Notes: generated by a model not told the origin, from the letters alone. Counted from the first letter of the stretch, positions 31,029 through 41,132 are shown. The stretch is DNA of 64,000 nt from an uncultured Candidatus Rokubacteria bacterium (GCA_963708025.1 CAVPSB010000031.1:160001-224000); one strand, 5' to 3'. Translations and numbers: made by a program.

Positions 31029-32678
31029 ATGCTCGAGCAGAACCTTCTATCCATTGCGTTCCCGACGCTCGACGCGGCCCAGATCAGCGAGTTCGAGCGT
31101 TGCACCACCGCCACCCCCAAGTTGTATCGGGACGGGCAGACACTCATTGCGGTGGGCGACCGCGACTTCAAGTTCTTCATCGTCAAGTCTGGTGAGGTCG
31201 AGATCGTCGATCACTCCGGCGACAAGCCGAAGACGGTCACGATTCATGGCAAGGGCCACTTCACCGGCGATGTCTCCCACCTCACCGGCCGCTCGTCGGT
31301 GATCAGCGCCGTTGCCAGAGGCGATTGCGAGGTGGATGAAGTCTCGGGGGATGCGCTGAGGGGGGCGCTCAACCAGTGCCCGGTCCTCAGTGACATCATC
31401 CTCCAGGCGTTCATCGCCCGACGGCAACTCTTGCGCGAGTCACCGGACTTCGTTGGCCTGCGGGTGATCGGGTCCCGCTACTCCACCGATACGTTTCGCG
31501 TCCGCGACTTCCTGGCCAAGAACCGGGCGCTGTTCACCTGGGTGGACGTGGAAACCGACCCGGAGGTCGATCGGCTGCTCAGACACTTCGGCATGACCGA
31601 AGCCGACACGCCGGTGGTCGCCCTCGGCGACTTGCTGCTCCTGCGAAACCCCTCGAACCGGCAACTGGCCGATTCGATCGGCATTCATCAGCCGCTGGAG
31701 CAGACGGTCCATGACCTGGTCGTGGTCGGCGCTGGCCCGGCGGGGCTGGCGGCCGCCGTCTATGCGGCCTCAGAAGGATTGCGAACCGTGTTGCTGGAGC
31801 GCACGGCGCCCGGGGGTCAGGCGGGCAGCAGCATGCGGATCGAGAACTACCTCGGCTTCCCCACTGGCGTGACGGGGAGCGACCTGGCGGACCGCGCGAT
31901 TCTCCAGGCCAACAAATTCGGGGCCCGCCTGTCCGTCCCCAGTCAGGTCATGCAGCTGGGTTGGGAGAAGACCTACGCCATCCTGCACCTGGACAGTGGT
32001 GAGATCGTCACCACGAAGTGTCTCCTGATCGCCACTGGAGCCGACTATCGCCGGCTGAACGTCGAGGGGTGCGAGCGTTTCGAGGGGAAGGGTGTCTACT
32101 ACGCGGCCACTCTCGCCGAAGGGCAGATGTGCCGGGGAGCGCAAGTGGTGTTGGTGGGCGGCGGCAACTCTGCGGGCCAGGCCGCAGTCTTCCTTGCCCA
32201 GTATGCCAGCAAGGTGCTGCTCCTGATCCGCGGCGATGATCTGTACAAGAACATGTCCAGCTATCTGGCCCGGCGGATCGAGCAGACGGCCAATATCGAG
32301 CTTCTCGTCAACACGACGATCCGGCGGATGAGCGGCGATGGTCACCTCGGCTCTGTCGAGATCGTCAACGAGAAGACCGGGCAAGAGCGCCCGGTGGAAA
32401 CGCCCGCGGTGTTCAGCTTCATCGGGGCGGTGCCGCGGACCGACTGGCTGCCCCCGGAGATCGAGCGGGACGCCGGGGGATTCATCCGGACCGGCGCCGC
32501 CCTGGCGCAGTCTCCCCATTGGACCAGCCGGCGGCAGCCGTCCTTGTTGGAGACCAGCCGCCCCGGAGTGTTCGCGGCCGGCGATGTGCGGTCAGGCTCG
32601 ATCAAGCGCGTCGCTTCGGCAGTTGGCGAGGGGTCGATGGTGGTCCAGTTCGTCCATGAGTTCCTCGAGGGGATGTGA
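31029..32678 (+). CDS. cNMP-binding domain fused to thioredoxin reductase-like FAD oxidoreductase
   Basis: FFIVKSGEV/FTGD cNMP domain; VGAGPAGL, IENYLGFP, VGGGNSAG, FAAGDVR. Confidence 0.92.
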   Translation: MLEQNLLSIAFPTLDAAQISEFERCTTATPKLYRDGQTLIAVGDRDFKFFIVKSGEVEIVDHSGDKPKTVTIHGKGHFTGDVSHLTGRSSVISAVARGDCEVDEVSGDALRGALNQCPVLSDIILQAFIARRQLLRESPDFVGLRVIGSRYSTDTFRVRDFLAKNRALFTWVDVETDPEVDRLLRHFGMTEADTPVVALGDLLLLRNPSNRQLADSIGIHQPLEQTVHDLVVVGAGPAGLAAAVYAASEGLRTVLLERTAPGGQAGSSMRIENYLGFPTGVTGSDLADRAILQANKFGARLSVPSQVMQLGWEKTYAILHLDSGEIVTTKCLLIATGADYRRLNVEGCERFEGKGVYYAATLAEGQMCRGAQVVLVGGGNSAGQAAVFLAQYASKVLLLIRGDDLYKNMSSYLARRIEQTANIELLVNTTIRRMSGDGHLGSVEIVNEKTGQERPVETPAVFSFIGAVPRTDWLPPEIERDAGGFIRTGAALAQSPHWTSRRQPSLLETSRPGVFAAGDVRSGSIKRVASAVGEGSMVVQFVHEFLEGM

Positions 32679-32699
32679 GGCAAGGCGAGGGGAGTGTGA

Positions 32700-32726
32700 T
32701 GTCGATTCCGGGCTCTGCCGAACGAC
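32700..32726 (+). promoter_or_regulatory. ECF42-type promoter
   Basis: TGTCGA-N17-CGAC upstream of the SRPBCC gene. Confidence 0.6.
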
Positions 32727-32815
32727 TAACTGGCGTGCACAGCCGTTGGCGGGAGGGCCTGGGGCCCCTTCGAGGGTTCCCCTATCCAGGGACCGAAGAC
32801 GCGAGGAGCGGAGCC

Positions 32816-33391
32816 ATGAAGGAGATTCTCATCGTGCTCGGGATCGGCATCGCGGGGTTTCTGGCGTTCGCGGCGACCCGCCCTCATAGGTACCAGGTGG
32901 AGCGGTCGCGGAAGATCGACGCGCCGGCGGAGATCGTCTTCGCGCAAATCGAGGACTTCAGGGCGTGGCCGGCCTGGTCGCCCTGGGAGAAGGTCGATCC
33001 GGACATGAAGCGGACCTACGAAGGCCCGGCCAGGGGCGTCGGGGCGGGTTACGCCTGGGACGGGAACCGGCATGTCGGCAAGGGGAAGATGACCATCACG
33101 CAGTCCACGCCTTCTACGGCCATCTCATGCCGGCTGGAGTTCATGAAGCCCTTCGTCTCGGTCGCCACCACCGGCTTCACCCTCGAGCCGGCAGGGGACC
33201 AGGCCGTGACCGTCACCTGGTCGATGGACGGGAACAACAACTTCACCGGGAAGGTGTTCTCAATCTTCATGAACATGGACAAGATGATCGGCGGCCAGTA
33301 CGAAAAGGGGCTCGCGAACCTCGAGCTGGTCGCCAAGGCGGCGGCCAAGGAACAGGCCGATGTCGTCGCGGCCGCGCCGAGGAGGAAGTAG
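32816..33391 (+). CDS. SRPBCC (START-like) family protein
   Basis: VERSRKIDAP, WPAWSPW, GVGAGYAW, VGKGKM, MDKMIGGQYEKGL. Confidence 0.9.
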   Translation: MKEILIVLGIGIAGFLAFAATRPHRYQVERSRKIDAPAEIVFAQIEDFRAWPAWSPWEKVDPDMKRTYEGPARGVGAGYAWDGNRHVGKGKMTITQSTPSTAISCRLEFMKPFVSVATTGFTLEPAGDQAVTVTWSMDGNNNFTGKVFSIFMNMDKMIGGQYEKGLANLELVAKAAAKEQADVVAAAPRRK

Positions 33392-33495
33392 CTGCCAGGC
33401 GGCACCGGCGACGCCTCGGGGCTCTCGACCCGGCCGCGCCGGGGTTGGCACCGAGAACCTCCGGGACGCCCGTGCCGCCGTCTGACTCGCGATCT

Positions 33496-33927
33496 TCAAG
33501 GGCGGCTCCGGGCTTGGCTGGCCGGGTGGAGCGCTGACGGGTGAGACGACCCGCGATGCGGCGCCAGCCGCCAGCGGCCGTAGGCGACGAACGCCGAGAG
33601 GAGCCCCACCACCAGCGGGATCAGCGCCGGCGCCACTCCATCCGCCACCAGCGTGAGCACCGTCGCGCCGATCATGATGATCACCAGCCCGGCGGCCGCC
33701 AGCGGGGTCAGGCCCGGCCGAATGCGCAGGAGCCCGGGGAGGATCAGGCCGAGCGCGCCGAGCACCTCGGCCACTCCGATGAATCGCACGAACCAGCCCG
33801 GCAGCTGGATCTGATTCGGTGAGCCCATCGACATCAGCACGTCCAGCGGCAGGATCAGCTTCGTCCCACCGGCGAACAGAAAGGTGAGCGCGAGCAGCCC
33901 CTGAACGATCCACAGTGCATAGGTCAT
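33496..33927 (-). CDS. DoxX family membrane protein
   Basis: ALWIVQGLLA, FIGVAEVLGALGLILP, LTPLAAAGL. Confidence 0.9.
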   Translation of the reverse strand: MTYALWIVQGLLALTFLFAGGTKLILPLDVLMSMGSPNQIQLPGWFVRFIGVAEVLGALGLILPGLLRIRPGLTPLAAAGLVIIMIGATVLTLVADGVAPALIPLVVGLLSAFVAYGRWRLAPHRGSSHPSALHPASQARSRP

Positions 33928-34085
33928 GATCGGAAGGTCTCCTTTTTCAGGCCTTCGCCACAAAGGCCGCGAGGCGTTCCAGACTTTGTGACCAGCCCGC
34001 TCCCATCCCCTCGAGATACGGGGCGGCCTCGGCGGTCGCTTTGACGACGCGGGCTTGCAACGTGACAGCAGGGCTTACGTGACCC

Positions 34086-34383
34086 CTAGCCGCCGGCCAT
34101 GGCCCCCACGATCAGAAACGGCTCGGCCCCCGTCGCGACCGCGTCGGGCAGCGGGGCGTCCGGCGGCTCGTGGGACAGATCCTGCTCGCAGGCGAAGAAC
34201 CTCACGAACGGCTCGGCGCTGCTGCGTGACGTGGTCGCGGATCGTCCCGCGCAGCATCGGATAGCGGGCCTCGAGCGCGTCGAGGACCGAGCGCTGCGTG
34301 ACCTGACCCTCGACGTCGAGCTTCACCTCGCCGTCGACGCGCGCCAGCGTCCGCAGATGTGCCGGGAGCACGACTCGGATCAT
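34086..34383 (-). CDS. MoaD/ThiS ubiquitin-like protein, frameshifted near 34212
   Basis: [11 protein letters not shown]...[10 protein letters not shown], then after a shift [13 protein letters not shown]...IVGAMAGG* (C-terminal GG). Confidence 0.82.
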
Positions 34384-35494
34384 GGCAGCGTCTGGACCTC
34401 GACGGACAGCACGGCCGGAAGATCCCGGACGATGGGCGCCCAGCTGTCCCCGGCATCGGCCGACGCGTACACCTGCCCGCCGGTGGTGCCGAAGTACACG
34501 CCGCACGAATCGAGCGAGTCGACGGCCATCGCGTCGCGCAGCACGTTGACGTAGCAGTCGCGTTGCGGCAGACCCTTCGTGAGCGCCTCCCACTCGTTTC
34601 CGCCCGTCCGGCTGCGGTACACGCGCAGCTTTCCCTCGGGCGGATAGTGCTCCGAGTCGCTCTTGATCGGGACGACGTAGATGGTGTCCGGCTCGTGCGC
34701 GTGCACGTCGATCGGGAACCCGAAGTCGGTCGGCAAGTTCCCGCTGACCTCGTGCCACGACTCGCCGGCGTCGTCGCTGCGCATGACGTCCCAGTGCTTC
34801 TGCATGAACAGCACGCCCGGACGCGACCGGTGCATCGCGATGCGGTGAACGCAGTGGCCGACCTCGGCAGTCGGGTCGGGGATGCCTTCGGACTTCAGGC
34901 CGCGGTTGATCGGCCGCCACGTCTTGCCGGCGTCGTCGGTCCGGAACGCGCCCGCGGCCGAGATGGCGATGAAGATCCGCTCGGGATCGCTCGGATCCAG
35001 CAGGATCGTGTGCAGGCACATCCCACCGGCGCCCGGCTGCCAGAGGGCCCTGATCCGTGGCCGCGCAGTCCGGGGAGCTCCTGCCACGTCTGCCCGCCGT
35101 CGGTCGAGCGGAACAAGGCGGCGTCTTCCACCCCGGCGTAGACCGTGTCCGGATCGGTCAGCGACGGTTCGAGATGCCAGACGCGCTTGAACTCCCAGGG
35201 GTGCGGCGTGCCGTCGTACCACTGGTGCGTGCCGGGGACGCCGTCGTACACGAACTTGTTCCCCACCGGCTCCCACGTCTTGCCGCCGTCGTTGGAGCGC
35301 TGGATCAGCTGCCCGAACCAGCCGCTGGACTGCGACGCATACAGCCGATTCGGGTCAGCGGGCGATCCCTTGAGGTGGTAGATCTCCCAGCCCGCAAAGT
35401 GGGGGCCACTGACGTCCCACCGTTCGCGCTTTCCGTCCGACGTCAGGACGAACGCGCCCTTGCGTGTGCCAACCAGTACCCGTACCCCGCTCAT
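34380..35494 (-). CDS. BNR/Asp-box beta-propeller (sialidase-like) protein, frameshifted near 35050
   Basis: VLVGTRKG and repeated SxDxGxTW boxes across ORFs 34895..35494 and 34380..35276. Confidence 0.87.
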
Positions 35495-35593
35495 CTCTCA
35501 CTCCTTCCTGAGCTTCCAGGGATTCTCGACCGCCCACCGTCGCGCCCACTCCGATGCCACGCGGCACATCGGGGCGCCTCCTCTCACTGTATA

Positions 35594-35620
35594 GTCGAAC
35601 GGGCCGGCTCGAGATCGACA
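35594..35620 (-). promoter_or_regulatory. ECF42-type promoter
   Basis: Minus strand TGTCGA-N17-CGAC upstream of BNR-MoaD. Confidence 0.6.
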
Positions 35621-36022
35621 GCCTCGGCGAACGAGAGGATGTCGCCTGGCCGAGGGGTCAACGCCCTGGCCCGCCGGTACCCCCGCCATGGCCACCTGAC
35701 CTCGAACTGACCGCCCCCGACTGATCGCCCAGGGGGACCAAGTCTTCCGAGCCCGCCGGCGGCGGGTCCGGCCAGCCGCGTCCCGCTACTCTCCTCCCGC
35801 GTTGCCCTACCCTCCCGCCGCTCTCGCCGCCTGCGTCGGGGGCGCGACGTGTACCGCCAGGTGCCGCCCTTGACACGGGCCGCGCCGGCCGCGCACCATC
35901 GGGGCGGAGCGGCGTTGGTCTGCCAGCCCCCCTGGGGGGCCGGCCGAGAAGTCGAGCCCCTGTCCGAGGCGAGAGCGTCCTGCCCTTCCCGGCTGGTACA
36001 ACGTAGGGCAAAGATCATAGCG

Positions 36023-37954
36023 ATGCTGGCACTTGGGCTCCTTCCCTTCTTTTGCATTGTCGGCATCCTGTGGGCGCTGTCAAAGGTCTTCCACATTGGA
36101 TGGCGGAGTGCCATCTTGTCGGCGTCCGTTGCATGCGGACTCATTGTCACGGTGACGACCGAGATCTTGAGTCTCTTCAAACTGGTGACCTTTGGCTGGG
36201 TGACGGCCGTCTGGGGCGCAGCTGTGCTCCTGTCCATTGGCGCGTTGTGCCATGCGCACGTGACACGCGCGGGACGAATCCCTGGCTCCCTGGCTACAGC
36301 CAGTCCCGGAGATGGGCGACGAAGCATCTCGTCTGTTGGATGGGGCTTGACGGCGGTCCTCGGTGTGGCGGCGGCTCTGATCGGTCTGATCGCCCTGCTT
36401 GCGCCGCCCAACACCTGGGACTCGATGACCTACCACATGGCGCGCGTTGCGCATTGGATCCAGAATCGGACGGTCGCCCATTACCCCACTCACATCATGA
36501 GACAGCTCTATCAACCTCCATGGGCGGAATACGCCATCATGCACCTTCAAATCCTGAGCGGTGGAGATCGTCTCGCCAATCTGGTGCAGTACCTCAGCTT
36601 CATCGGCAGCGCGGTGGGGGCATCGCTCATTGCTGAACAGCTCGGAGCCGACTCACGTGGCCAGCTGCTGTCAGCGGTCATCGTTGCCACCATCCCGATG
36701 GGGATCCTTCAGGCCTCGAGCACCCAGAACGACTATGTCGTCACCTTGTGGCTGGTGACGCTGGCCTACGCCTGTTTGTTGTTCAAGGCCAGGCCGACGT
36801 GGGCCAGCGCATTCGGGGTCGGGACGTCCTTGGGGCTGGCCGTGCTGACCAAGGGGACTGCGTACGTCTATGCCCCTCCGTTGCTGTTCATGTTGGCGCC
36901 TACGATGGTCAAGGCCCGAGGCTGGCGACCGATTGTGCCGATTCTCGCGGTGTTCATGGTTCCAGTGGCTCTCAATCTTGGGCACTACGCGAGGAACTTC
37001 GAGCTGGAGGGCAATCCGCTCGTGACCGCCCCTGGCGTCGTGAACGAGACGTTCGGAGTCAGCACGTTGGTGTCGAACATGATCCGGAGCGCGGCCCTGC
37101 ACCTGGCAACGCCGATCCGCGAGGTGAACGAGGTCATCGTGAGAGACATCCGGCACGGCCTCACGTCGCTGGGTATGGACGCCGACGATCCCCGCACGAC
37201 GTGGGCCGGGATGCGGTTTGGGATTCGCGAGACTTCGACGCATGAAGACCGAACGGGAAATCCCCTGCATCTGGTTCTCATGGCGTGGTCGGTGGGAGCC
37301 TGCCTGCTGAAGAAGGAGTTGAGAGGACACAAGATCCTGTTGGGCTATCTGGCGGCGCTGATCGCCGGGTCTTGCCTGTTCGCGCTCGTGCTGAAATGGC
37401 AACCGTGGCACAGCCGGTTGCATCTTCCCTTGTTCGTGCTCTTTTCGCCGGTCGTCGCGGTGGCCTTGGCGCGGACGGTGAAGGGGAAGGCCGCAGTGGC
37501 GATCGGTCTTGGCCTGGCTCTGGTGTCGCTCCCGTGGCTGCTCGGAAACCGAAACCGGCCTGTTGTTGGCGACCGAAGCGTTTTCAGTACGCCCCGGGAA
37601 GAACAGTACTTCGTCCATCGGCCCTTTCGGCGGGAGCAGTACGAAGGCATGGCGCGGGTGGTAAAGGCGACTGGGTGTCGTGAGGTCGGGATCTTGGCGG
37701 GAGAGAACGACTGGGAATATCCGCTCTGGGTTCTGCTCGACGCGGTGGATGGGAGGCATCCGACGGTTCGATTGGAACACGTCAATGTCCAGAACGCTTC
37801 CGCAGCAAAGGGTAGGGTGCGTCGGTATAGACGGTTCAGCCCTTGCGCGATAGTCGCTCTTGATGGTCGAGACAGCAAGGATGTTGCGGTGAAGGGTACC
37901 GTGTACGAAAGAGAGTGGTCACTGGGTCGCGTGAGCGTGTTCACCAGGCGCTAG
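36023..37954 (+). CDS. ArnT/GT39-like polytopic membrane glycosyltransferase
   Basis: PNTWDSMTYH, QASSTQND, LTKGT, KWQPWHSRLH, WEYPLW; many TM helices. Confidence 0.85.
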   Translation: MLALGLLPFFCIVGILWALSKVFHIGWRSAILSASVACGLIVTVTTEILSLFKLVTFGWVTAVWGAAVLLSIGALCHAHVTRAGRIPGSLATASPGDGRRSISSVGWGLTAVLGVAAALIGLIALLAPPNTWDSMTYHMARVAHWIQNRTVAHYPTHIMRQLYQPPWAEYAIMHLQILSGGDRLANLVQYLSFIGSAVGASLIAEQLGADSRGQLLSAVIVATIPMGILQASSTQNDYVVTLWLVTLAYACLLFKARPTWASAFGVGTSLGLAVLTKGTAYVYAPPLLFMLAPTMVKARGWRPIVPILAVFMVPVALNLGHYARNFELEGNPLVTAPGVVNETFGVSTLVSNMIRSAALHLATPIREVNEVIVRDIRHGLTSLGMDADDPRTTWAGMRFGIRETSTHEDRTGNPLHLVLMAWSVGACLLKKELRGHKILLGYLAALIAGSCLFALVLKWQPWHSRLHLPLFVLFSPVVAVALARTVKGKAAVAIGLGLALVSLPWLLGNRNRPVVGDRSVFSTPREEQYFVHRPFRREQYEGMARVVKATGCREVGILAGENDWEYPLWVLLDAVDGRHPTVRLEHVNVQNASAAKGRVRRYRRFSPCAIVALDGRDSKDVAVKGTVYEREWSLGRVSVFTRR

Positions 37955-38058
37955 TGACGCACATCGCGAGGCAGGGCTTCGGCGCATGCCACCACATCGT
38001 CGGTCGTCCCGCAGCGGCAGGTCGCGGCCGTCGGGCTTTCGCTCCTACGCGCCCCTCG

Positions 38059-38373
38059 TCACCCCGTCGGAAGATGCTTCATTGCGATGGAGACCGCCTC
38101 CTGCGCCGAGTGGCCGACGTGCACCACGATCTTCACGTCGGCCCGTGATGTGATGTAGGTCGTGCGGGCCGTCTGCGCGTTTATGAAGTCGGCCAGCTTG
38201 GCATTATCCACATCGAAGAGAAAGAGCACATGGACGCCTTGGTCATCGCCGTAGGTGAACGACGCAATCTCCGTGGCGTCGGCTGGTCGCTTGGGTGTCT
38301 CGGGCGACATGAACAGATCGAGCGCGGTCCGGCCCTCCGTTTGAGAAAAGGTCGTGTGAACGAGTACTCGCAT
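38059..38373 (-). CDS. Hypothetical protein
   Basis: GAGGAG RBS; MRVLVHTTF... globular composition. Confidence 0.65.
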   Translation of the reverse strand: MRVLVHTTFSQTEGRTALDLFMSPETPKRPADATEIASFTYGDDQGVHVLFLFDVDNAKLADFINAQTARTTYITSRADVKIVVHVGHSAQEAVSIAMKHLPTG

Positions 38374-38390
38374 CGCAAGTGTCTCCTCGT

Positions 38391-38539
38391 CGCTGAATGA
38401 CCTTCGTCCGCCCGCAGCAGCACCGACTGCCGGATGGTGAGGCCGAGGGTCTTGGCGGGATCGAGGTGCCGATGGTTTGATCGTCCACGTGGCCGAGGTC
38501 CCGCAGTCCCTGCCGAAAGGCATCGATCAAGCTGGACAC
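38391..38539 (-). pseudogene. ABC substrate-binding (ABC_sub_bind) relic, internally deleted
   Basis: DAFRQGLRDLGHV (N-terminal motif) lies next to KTLGLTIRQSVLLRADE (C-terminal motif). Confidence 0.75.
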
Positions 38540-38841
38540 AGGGAAGGACTGGTGCCTGACAACGCGATGCGGGGGGTCTTCTCCTGCTCCTGCGCCCCCA
38601 TGGATACCGGCGCGGCGAGGAGGAGGGAAGGAGGGCGACCGCCAACACCGTCATGTGTCCTTCCGATGGCCGGGATGCTACGGCGGGAGGCGGGCGGGGT
38701 CAACCCGGAACCTTGGGAGCGGGGGGTCAGGCCTTTCATTCTCGACACTCCGCGGCAGCGCCGCGCCGTGCCGGCTGGCGAGCCGCTGAGCCGCGCTGGC
38801 GCCACCCCTCCGGCGGTCGATGGCGTAAGATGCGAGCAACG

Positions 38842-39951
38842 ATGCGGCTGAGCGTCCTCGACCAGTCCCCGGTCCGGAGCGGTGGGACTCCCGCCGACGC
38901 CGTGCGCGAGACCCTGGAGCTGGCCGAGGCCGCCGACCGGCTCGGGTACCACCGCTACTGGCTGGCCGAGCACCACGCGACGCCCGGCCTGGCTGGCTCC
39001 TGTCCGGAGATCCTGATCGGCGCCGTCGCCGCCCGCACGAGCCGCATCCGGGTCGGCTCGGGCGGGGTCATGCTGAGCCACTACCCGGCGCTCAAGGTGG
39101 CCGAGCAGTTCCGGATGCTGGCGCTGCTCCACCCCGGGCGCATCGACCTCGGGATCGGCCGGGCACCCGGCGCCGACCAGCGGACGGCGCGGGCGCTCCG
39201 GCAGCGTCCCGAGGCGCTGGAGGCCGAGCCGTTCCCGGAGCAGGTCGCCCAGCTCATCGGGTTCCTCCACGACGCGCTGCCGCCCGAGCATCCCCTGGCC
39301 GGGATCCAGGCGATGCCGGCCATCCCGGACGCGCCGGAGCTGTGGCTTCTCGGCTCGACCGACGGCAGCGCGGCCTGCGCCGCCCACTTCGGCACCGCGT
39401 TCTCGTTCGCCCACTTCATCAACGCCGACGGCGGCGCCGCCGTCACGCGCGCCTACGTCCGCCAGTTCCGGCCGTCGCCGGTCCTGGCGAGCCCCCACGC
39501 CAGCGTCGCCGTGTTCGCGCTCTGCGCCGACAGCGAGGCGGAGGCGCGGCAGCTCGCCGGCTGCCGGGATCTCTATCTCCTCCGGCTCTACACCGGGCGG
39601 GCCGGTCCGTTCCCGTCGGTGGAGGAGGCCCAGAGTTACTTCTACACCGAGGCCGAGCTGGCGATCGTCCGCGAGGTCGGGCGGCGCACCATCGCCGGGC
39701 CACCCGGAGCGGTCCGCGAGCGACTCCTGGCGCTGGCGGCCGAGTACGACGTGGACGAGCTCGTCGTCGTGACGATCACCCACGAGTTCAAGGCCCGGCT
39801 GCGGTCGTACGAGCTCCTGGCGGAGGCGTTCGACCTCAGTTCGGGACCTCCCTCCCACGCCCCCAAGCCCCCTCCCCCACCCACTGGGGGGAGGGGGGAG
39901 TCGGAGGACGCCATTCCTTCACACGCTCTCAGTCGCCACTCCCTCTCGTAG
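38842..39951 (+). CDS. Luciferase-like (LLM) flavin-dependent oxidoreductase with repeat-derived tail
   Basis: MRLSVLDQSP, WLAEHH, GSGGVML, RIDLGIGRAPG, RLRSYELLA. Confidence 0.92.
   Translation: MRLSVLDQSPVRSGGTPADAVRETLELAEAADRLGYHRYWLAEHHATPGLAGSCPEILIGAVAARTSRIRVGSGGVMLSHYPALKVAEQFRMLALLHPGRIDLGIGRAPGADQRTARALRQRPEALEAEPFPEQVAQLIGFLHDALPPEHPLAGIQAMPAIPDAPELWLLGSTDGSAACAAHFGTAFSFAHFINADGGAAVTRAYVRQFRPSPVLASPHASVAVFALCADSEAEARQLAGCRDLYLLRLYTGRAGPFPSVEEAQSYFYTEAELAIVREVGRRTIAGPPGAVRERLLALAAEYDVDELVVVTITHEFKARLRSYELLAEAFDLSSGPPSHAPKPPPPPTGGRGESEDAIPSHALSRHSLS
39835..39933 (+). repeat. Hairpin MITE/REP-like element, copy 2 (in frame in CDS)
   Basis: Matches 5623-5718; flanked by direct repeat CTCAGT at 39835 and 39928 (93-bp offset). 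Confidence 0.85.
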
Positions 39952-39988
39952 CGGCGCGCCGCTCGGGGCCGGCGGGCCGAGCGTGCGG

Positions 39989-41131
39989 TCAGGACTCGCC
40001 GGGCGTCGCGGGCTGGCGGGGATCCACGAGGATCTCCACCCCGGCGCCCGGCGTCTCGTTCGGCCGGAACCGTCCCGACTCCAGCACGGCCAGGGACCGG
40101 ATGGAGGCGGCGGGCCGGCGGTCCTGGGCCCGGAAGACGATGGTCTCGGCCAGCGGGCAGTTCGGGGTGGCCACCATCAGGTGGACGGTCCAGGGCTGGA
40201 GGCCTCCCGCGTGGGGGACGACGATCACGTCGTGGGCCGAGGCGAGCGCGGCGATCTTGCGCACCTCCGAGAGACCGCCGGCCCAGGCCACGTCCGGCTG
40301 CAGCACGTCGGCGCATCCCCGGGCCAGGAGCTCCCGGAACCCCCAGCGGCCGTACTCGTGCTCGCCGGTCGCGATCTGCGTCCAGCCGATCCGGCGCCGG
40401 AGCGTGGCGTACCCGCCGTAGTCGTCGGGCGGGAGCGGCTCCTCGATCCAGCGGAGGTCGTGCTCGCGCGCCGCCCGGGCGAAGCGGAGGGTGTAGTCCA
40501 CGTCCCAGGACATGAAGCAGTCCACCATGACGTCCACGTCCCGACCGGCGGCCTGGCGGGCCGCCGCCACCGCCTCCACGTTCCGGGTCAGGCCCGCCCT
40601 CCCGTCCCACGGACCGCACGGCATCGGGACCTTCAGGCCGCTGAAGCCCGCGGCGGCGACGTCGCCCGGCTCGGGGTGGGTCGCGTAGGCGGGCACCGAG
40701 TCCCGGACCGCGCCCCCCAGGAGGCGGTAGAGGGGCTGTCCCAGCCACTTGGCGAGGAGATCCCAGAGCGCGAGGTCGATGGCCGATACCGCCATCACGG
40801 CCACCCCCTTGCGGCCGTAGGGCAGGACCGCCCGCCACATCTCTTCCCACCGGAGCTCGACGTCGCGCGGATCGGTGCCGAGCAGGAGCGGGCGGAGATG
40901 GCCCTCCACGATGACGCGGGCCACCGCGCCGCCCCGGCACTCGCCGGCCCCGATCACGCCCTCGTCGGTCAGGACGAACACGCGCAAGGCGTCCGCTCCC
41001 GGGCCACGCCAGCGCGACCGGGGGCCGCGGAAGCGCGGGAAGGCGGCCATCGGGTTGGCGATCTCCCGCTCGTCCAGCCAGGTCGCGCTCGAGTACGGCT
41101 CCACCACGCACCGGATGTCAACGATCTTCAT
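39989..41131 (-). CDS. L-rhamnonate dehydratase-like enolase superfamily enzyme
   Basis: IANPM, LPYGRKG, SAIDLALWDL, MVDCFMS, WIEEP, TGEHE, VPH. Confidence 0.85.
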   Translation of the reverse strand: MKIVDIRCVVEPYSSATWLDEREIANPMAAFPRFRGPRSRWRGPGADALRVFVLTDEGVIGAGECRGGAVARVIVEGHLRPLLLGTDPRDVELRWEEMWRAVLPYGRKGVAVMAVSAIDLALWDLLAKWLGQPLYRLLGGAVRDSVPAYATHPEPGDVAAAGFSGLKVPMPCGPWDGRAGLTRNVEAVAAARQAAGRDVDVMVDCFMSWDVDYTLRFARAAREHDLRWIEEPLPPDDYGGYATLRRRIGWTQIATGEHEYGRWGFRELLARGCADVLQPDVAWAGGLSEVRKIAALASAHDVIVVPHAGGLQPWTVHLMVATPNCPLAETIVFRAQDRRPAASIRSLAVLESGRFRPNETPGAGVEILVDPRQPATPGES

Positions 41132-41132
41132 G

